From Candidatus Cloacimonadales bacterium (GTDB lineage Bacteria > Cloacimonadota > Cloacimonadia > Cloacimonadales > JAIOQZ01), in the NCBI GenBank assembly GCA_963674825.1, contig OY771587.1, positions 928,001 to 992,000 on the forward strand: a DNA stretch of 64,000 nucleotides. Direction: 5' to 3'. The position numbers and the translations under genes were made by a program. Under the pieces are notes generated by a model. That model saw nothing but the letters and a program-made list of their open reading frames with translations. It searched no databases and was not told the DNA's origin. How positions within the stretch are numbered: the stretch's first letter is position 1; each line of letters opens with the position of its first letter. Shown piece by piece: positions 62,446-64,000 of the stretch.

Positions 62446-62448
62446 TGA
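59890..62448 (+). CDS. Secreted GLUG-repeat protein with FlgD-Ig/T9SS-like CTD (copy B)
   Basis: Same architecture as copy A with an extra internal GLUG module (LTANIDM...LNGDNHTISNL). Confidence 0.87.
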   Translation: MRRVILTLTFVLICTFAFADGVQPNGSGTETDPYLMESLDNLLWLSTNIDVWSDSLYFLQTADIDASDTQNWNGGNGLWPIGTSANKFSGTYDGGNHTISDMHIDRRHSDNMGMWGYALNSSFKNLSILDTYVSGDQYVAIFVAKCSGVTFENCHCSGQLDGSFDIGGLVGGGYVYTATNCSSTCTIDGNSRVGGLIGYLSFSLGIENCSSDCSIAGNSSLGGLIGYVDCSHPISFCSSNTQILMDWRNGSNVGGLIGFSDDVNIDHCNADCTISCLGYSTSNVGGLIGYFNHDNHSENYTISNCFVTGSIEGEEDVGGLVGGLRTAYSPFTNNLFEHSYYDYETFTINGEHEVSFGAVPTNLFNDWVENGFELNPDDYLLNLDGSDDYLISSPEDLRCLMAFGQDNCAFRLTANIDMAEYPGFYLPVFCATLNGDNHTISNLSLIDTDNDFKGFIGFAKRAVVSDLNINNIQISGNEYIGGMAGYGQYTAITNCNVNGLINVTHRYVGGFCGFSVENTFTQCSFNGSTASEVNDSNNGGICGYARVSDFINCFSNGEIINTGTSSKTGGIVGRCYSSTFQGCYSEATIDASRSRAGGIVGYSDVSTVNNCYFSGIVMGSTDTGGIVGISIHGSEVNYCYVNGEVYPPEAAAIVGYNTRGEVGGEVSYVRNCVWDSETMAVSGAIGHSYGGQTYMVEGHTRAEMREQSTYTNLGWDFVDETENGTEDYWDMSTDWNEGYPYIHDIWVYVDNDEEPTVPPVFETTLSNAYPNPFNPSTTIAYSLSEAGPVEISVYNIRGQRVKKLVSERQPAGQHNVVWNGTDSRGKPVSSGIYFYRMTTPDRNIAKKMVMVK

Positions 62449-62487
62449 TCACTACATTCGAATAGAGAATAGGAAACAGCTTTATAA

Positions 62488-62520
62488 ATACCGGAGGGCA
62501 AATGTCTTCCGGTATTTTTT
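62488..62520 (+). terminator. Terminator after GLUG copy B
   Basis: ATACCGGA...TCCGGTAT stem followed by T run. Confidence 0.8.
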
Positions 62521-62555
62521 ATGTCTGATATAAAGTCTCACCCCCCTTGGCAGAA

Positions 62556-62866
62556 GTTACTATCGATCGGGGGGACGGGACAACCCGCGACGCTATAATC
62601 TGTTAGACCATATTGGGCGATAGTAACTTGTTGGCAAGGCCGGTTACTATCGTCCCTTTCAGTATCCCGAAGATGGCACATCGGGTTCACTTACGAGGTT
62701 GTTTAGTTACTTCATATTTCGCGAGATAGTGCGAAAGCCTTTGAGTTTGCGATAGTAACCGAAAATCAGCGATAGTAACCAACCGATAGTAACTCGGTAG
62801 TAACCCGAACCAACAGCCGATAGTAACCAATCGGTAGTAACCGGCGATAGTTCGCACGATAGTAAC
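62556..62866. repeat. Cluster of ten CGRTAGTAAC motifs (probable protein-binding sites at an element end)
   Basis: Forward at 62618, 62750, 62770, 62784, 62795, 62818, 62832, 62857; reverse at 62556, 62643; partial copies at ~62724 and 62845. Confidence 0.9.
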
Positions 62867-62936
62867 CACACCCAACAAGAAACCCGACTGGTTAAAGTCG
62901 GGTCAAGCAAAAACCGTTTGGAACCCTGTCGGCCGA

Positions 62937-63680
62937 TTAGTAGAGCCTGAACTTAATCACCACCACGCCAACGAGGTGAACGTCCATTGGTGAATCCTCG
63001 TCGAGCACGATGACATTGTAGTCTTTGTTGAATGGGAGAAGGAGTACTTGCTTGTTCTTCGGCACGAGCTGCACCTTTTTCAGCGTGATGCCATCATCGG
63101 TTCGAACAGCGCACACCTTGCCATCGAGACTCATCCAGTCGTAGTTGTAATGGATGACCACGATGTCGCCATGATGGATGTTCGGCTCCATGCTGTGACC
63201 GTTCACTCGAAATACGCAGTAGTTCACCGTATCACTCGAAAGGAACACGCGCGGAATTTCGATGTACGCGAGGCTGTCCTTCTTCACTTTGACGGGTGGC
63301 CCTGCCGCAATCTCCGCTTCCACCGGCAGACTCACCGTTCGACTGAAGTAGTTGTCCGAAGGATTGTAGGGACGACCGTCGATAGTCTTGACCGTGTGCT
63401 TGAGCATTTCAAGCCGCTTCTTCCTGCCGTCCTCGGTCTCGAGTAACGCTTCGGGGAAGGGTTCGATGAACATCGAACCTTGTCCTGTGAGCAACCAGTT
63501 CATGTTCACGGCATGCATTTCGCAAATACGAACCAGCGCATCGATGGATGGTTTGCTCTTCTTCTTGTCAGAGAGCCAGTCCGAGAGGTTTCCGGTTGAT
63601 ACGCCGATTGATGACGCAAAATCCATCTTTTTCATTTCTAACGACTTAACTACAGCCGCCAATCTGTCTTTTACTTCCAT
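62937..63680 (-). CDS. Phage-type repressor: XRE HTH + S24 peptidase (CI/LexA-like)
   Basis: FASSIGVSTGNLSDW HTH, NMNWLLTGQG, IAAG cleavage site, VNGHSMEP, ITLKK. Confidence 0.92.
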   Translation of the reverse strand: MEVKDRLAAVVKSLEMKKMDFASSIGVSTGNLSDWLSDKKKSKPSIDALVRICEMHAVNMNWLLTGQGSMFIEPFPEALLETEDGRKKRLEMLKHTVKTIDGRPYNPSDNYFSRTVSLPVEAEIAAGPPVKVKKDSLAYIEIPRVFLSSDTVNYCVFRVNGHSMEPNIHHGDIVVIHYNYDWMSLDGKVCAVRTDDGITLKKVQLVPKNKQVLLLPFNKDYNVIVLDEDSPMDVHLVGVVVIKFRLY

Positions 63681-63721
63681 GCTTTCTCCTGCAATGACTT
63701 ACAGTTTATGCGAGAAATCTG

Positions 63722-63793
63722 TTGACATTTCGCACGCAATTCTTCATTATTGATGCATGAACTCGAAATTGCACAAACACGAACCGGTGTCAA
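63722..63793. promoter_or_regulatory. Face-to-face promoter pair (lysis/lysogeny-type switch)
   Basis: Plus strand TTGACA 63722-63727 + 17 bp + CATTAT; minus strand TTGACA 63793-63788 with weak -10 (CAATTT). Confidence 0.55.
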
Positions 63794-63823
63794 TGGAAAA
63801 TTTTCAGCGGAAGGGAGAAAGGA

Positions 63824-64000
63824 TTGAAAAAGTACACGCAAAACCAATTCAAGGCTGCCATAAAGCTTAAGGGAATCAGCATTTCCGAGATTTCGGAAAC
63901 CATAGGAATTTCGATGCGAATGCTTGAATATTATATGAAGGGCGAGAAGAATATGCGAAAAGCGGACGCCTTCCTCGAACTTCTCGAACCGGAATTAAGT
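63824..64000 (+). CDS. Ner/Cro-like HTH regulator (partial, runs off window)
   Basis: TTG start after GGAGAAAGGA; MKKYTQNQFKAAIKLKGISISEISETIGISMRMLEYYMKG...; divergent from the repressor. Confidence 0.75.
   Translation, partial: MKKYTQNQFKAAIKLKGISISEISETIGISMRMLEYYMKGEKNMRKADAFLELLEPELS

Larger units (their letters stand above)
62522..64000. mobile_element. Probable left end of a Mu-like transposable prophage or other integrated element
   Basis: Order: host terminator, TG(T) start, repeated motifs, leftward repressor, rightward Ner-like gene; transposase not within window. Confidence 0.55.

Noticed and set aside
62541..62574. CCCCCCTTGGCAG...GGGGGG resembling the DUF559 hairpin repeat
   Set aside because: Only a 12/13-bp low-complexity match; insufficient to link the two elements
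62556..62866. CRISPR array
   Set aside because: Repeat unit is only 10 bp, spacing is irregular, orientations are mixed and no cas genes are present
62687..62910. Short minus-strand ORFs with repeated YYRLVTI peptides
   Set aside because: Peptide repeats are simply the translation of the DNA motif cluster; no convincing RBS

Overview
Bacterial chromosomal window, most likely from an FCB-group anaerobe such as Candidatus Cloacimonadota. That assignment is inferred from five secreted proteins ending in the 'YPNPFNPxTxI...FlgD-Ig' C-terminal domain and from sigma70-type TTGACA promoters. Much of it is housekeeping (rsmI, lolC/D, tamB-like, miaB, glnS, jag-yidC-yidD-rnpA-rpmH, surE-pcm, cysS, rsmD, comEA, trmH). 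The main result is a Dlt-like envelope-acylation cassette at 40.3-43.9 kb: ACP, MBOAT, two GSS-type SGNH proteins and a 52-aa membrane peptide ending in FFYANF (DltX-like acyl-shuttle motif) that is below the ORF-track cutoff. The cassette has no DltA. A separate cluster at 1.1-11.2 kb (tdh-acpS-acetate ligase-[5 lipoproteins]-paralogous ACP-kbl-MFS) could supply acetyl-ACP from acetate or threonine. Other accessory elements: a tandem array of five paralogous lipoproteins, a DUF559 nuclease bracketed by 29-bp inverted repeats, REP/REPIN-like repeats, two GLUG-type surface proteins with near-identical ends and divergent middles, and an SPT-like gene. The right edge carries a cluster of about ten CGRTAGTAAC motifs followed by an S24 repressor and a divergent Ner/Cro-like gene, probably the left end of a Mu-like transposable prophage. 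All product calls come from motif recognition by eye; no database search was run.
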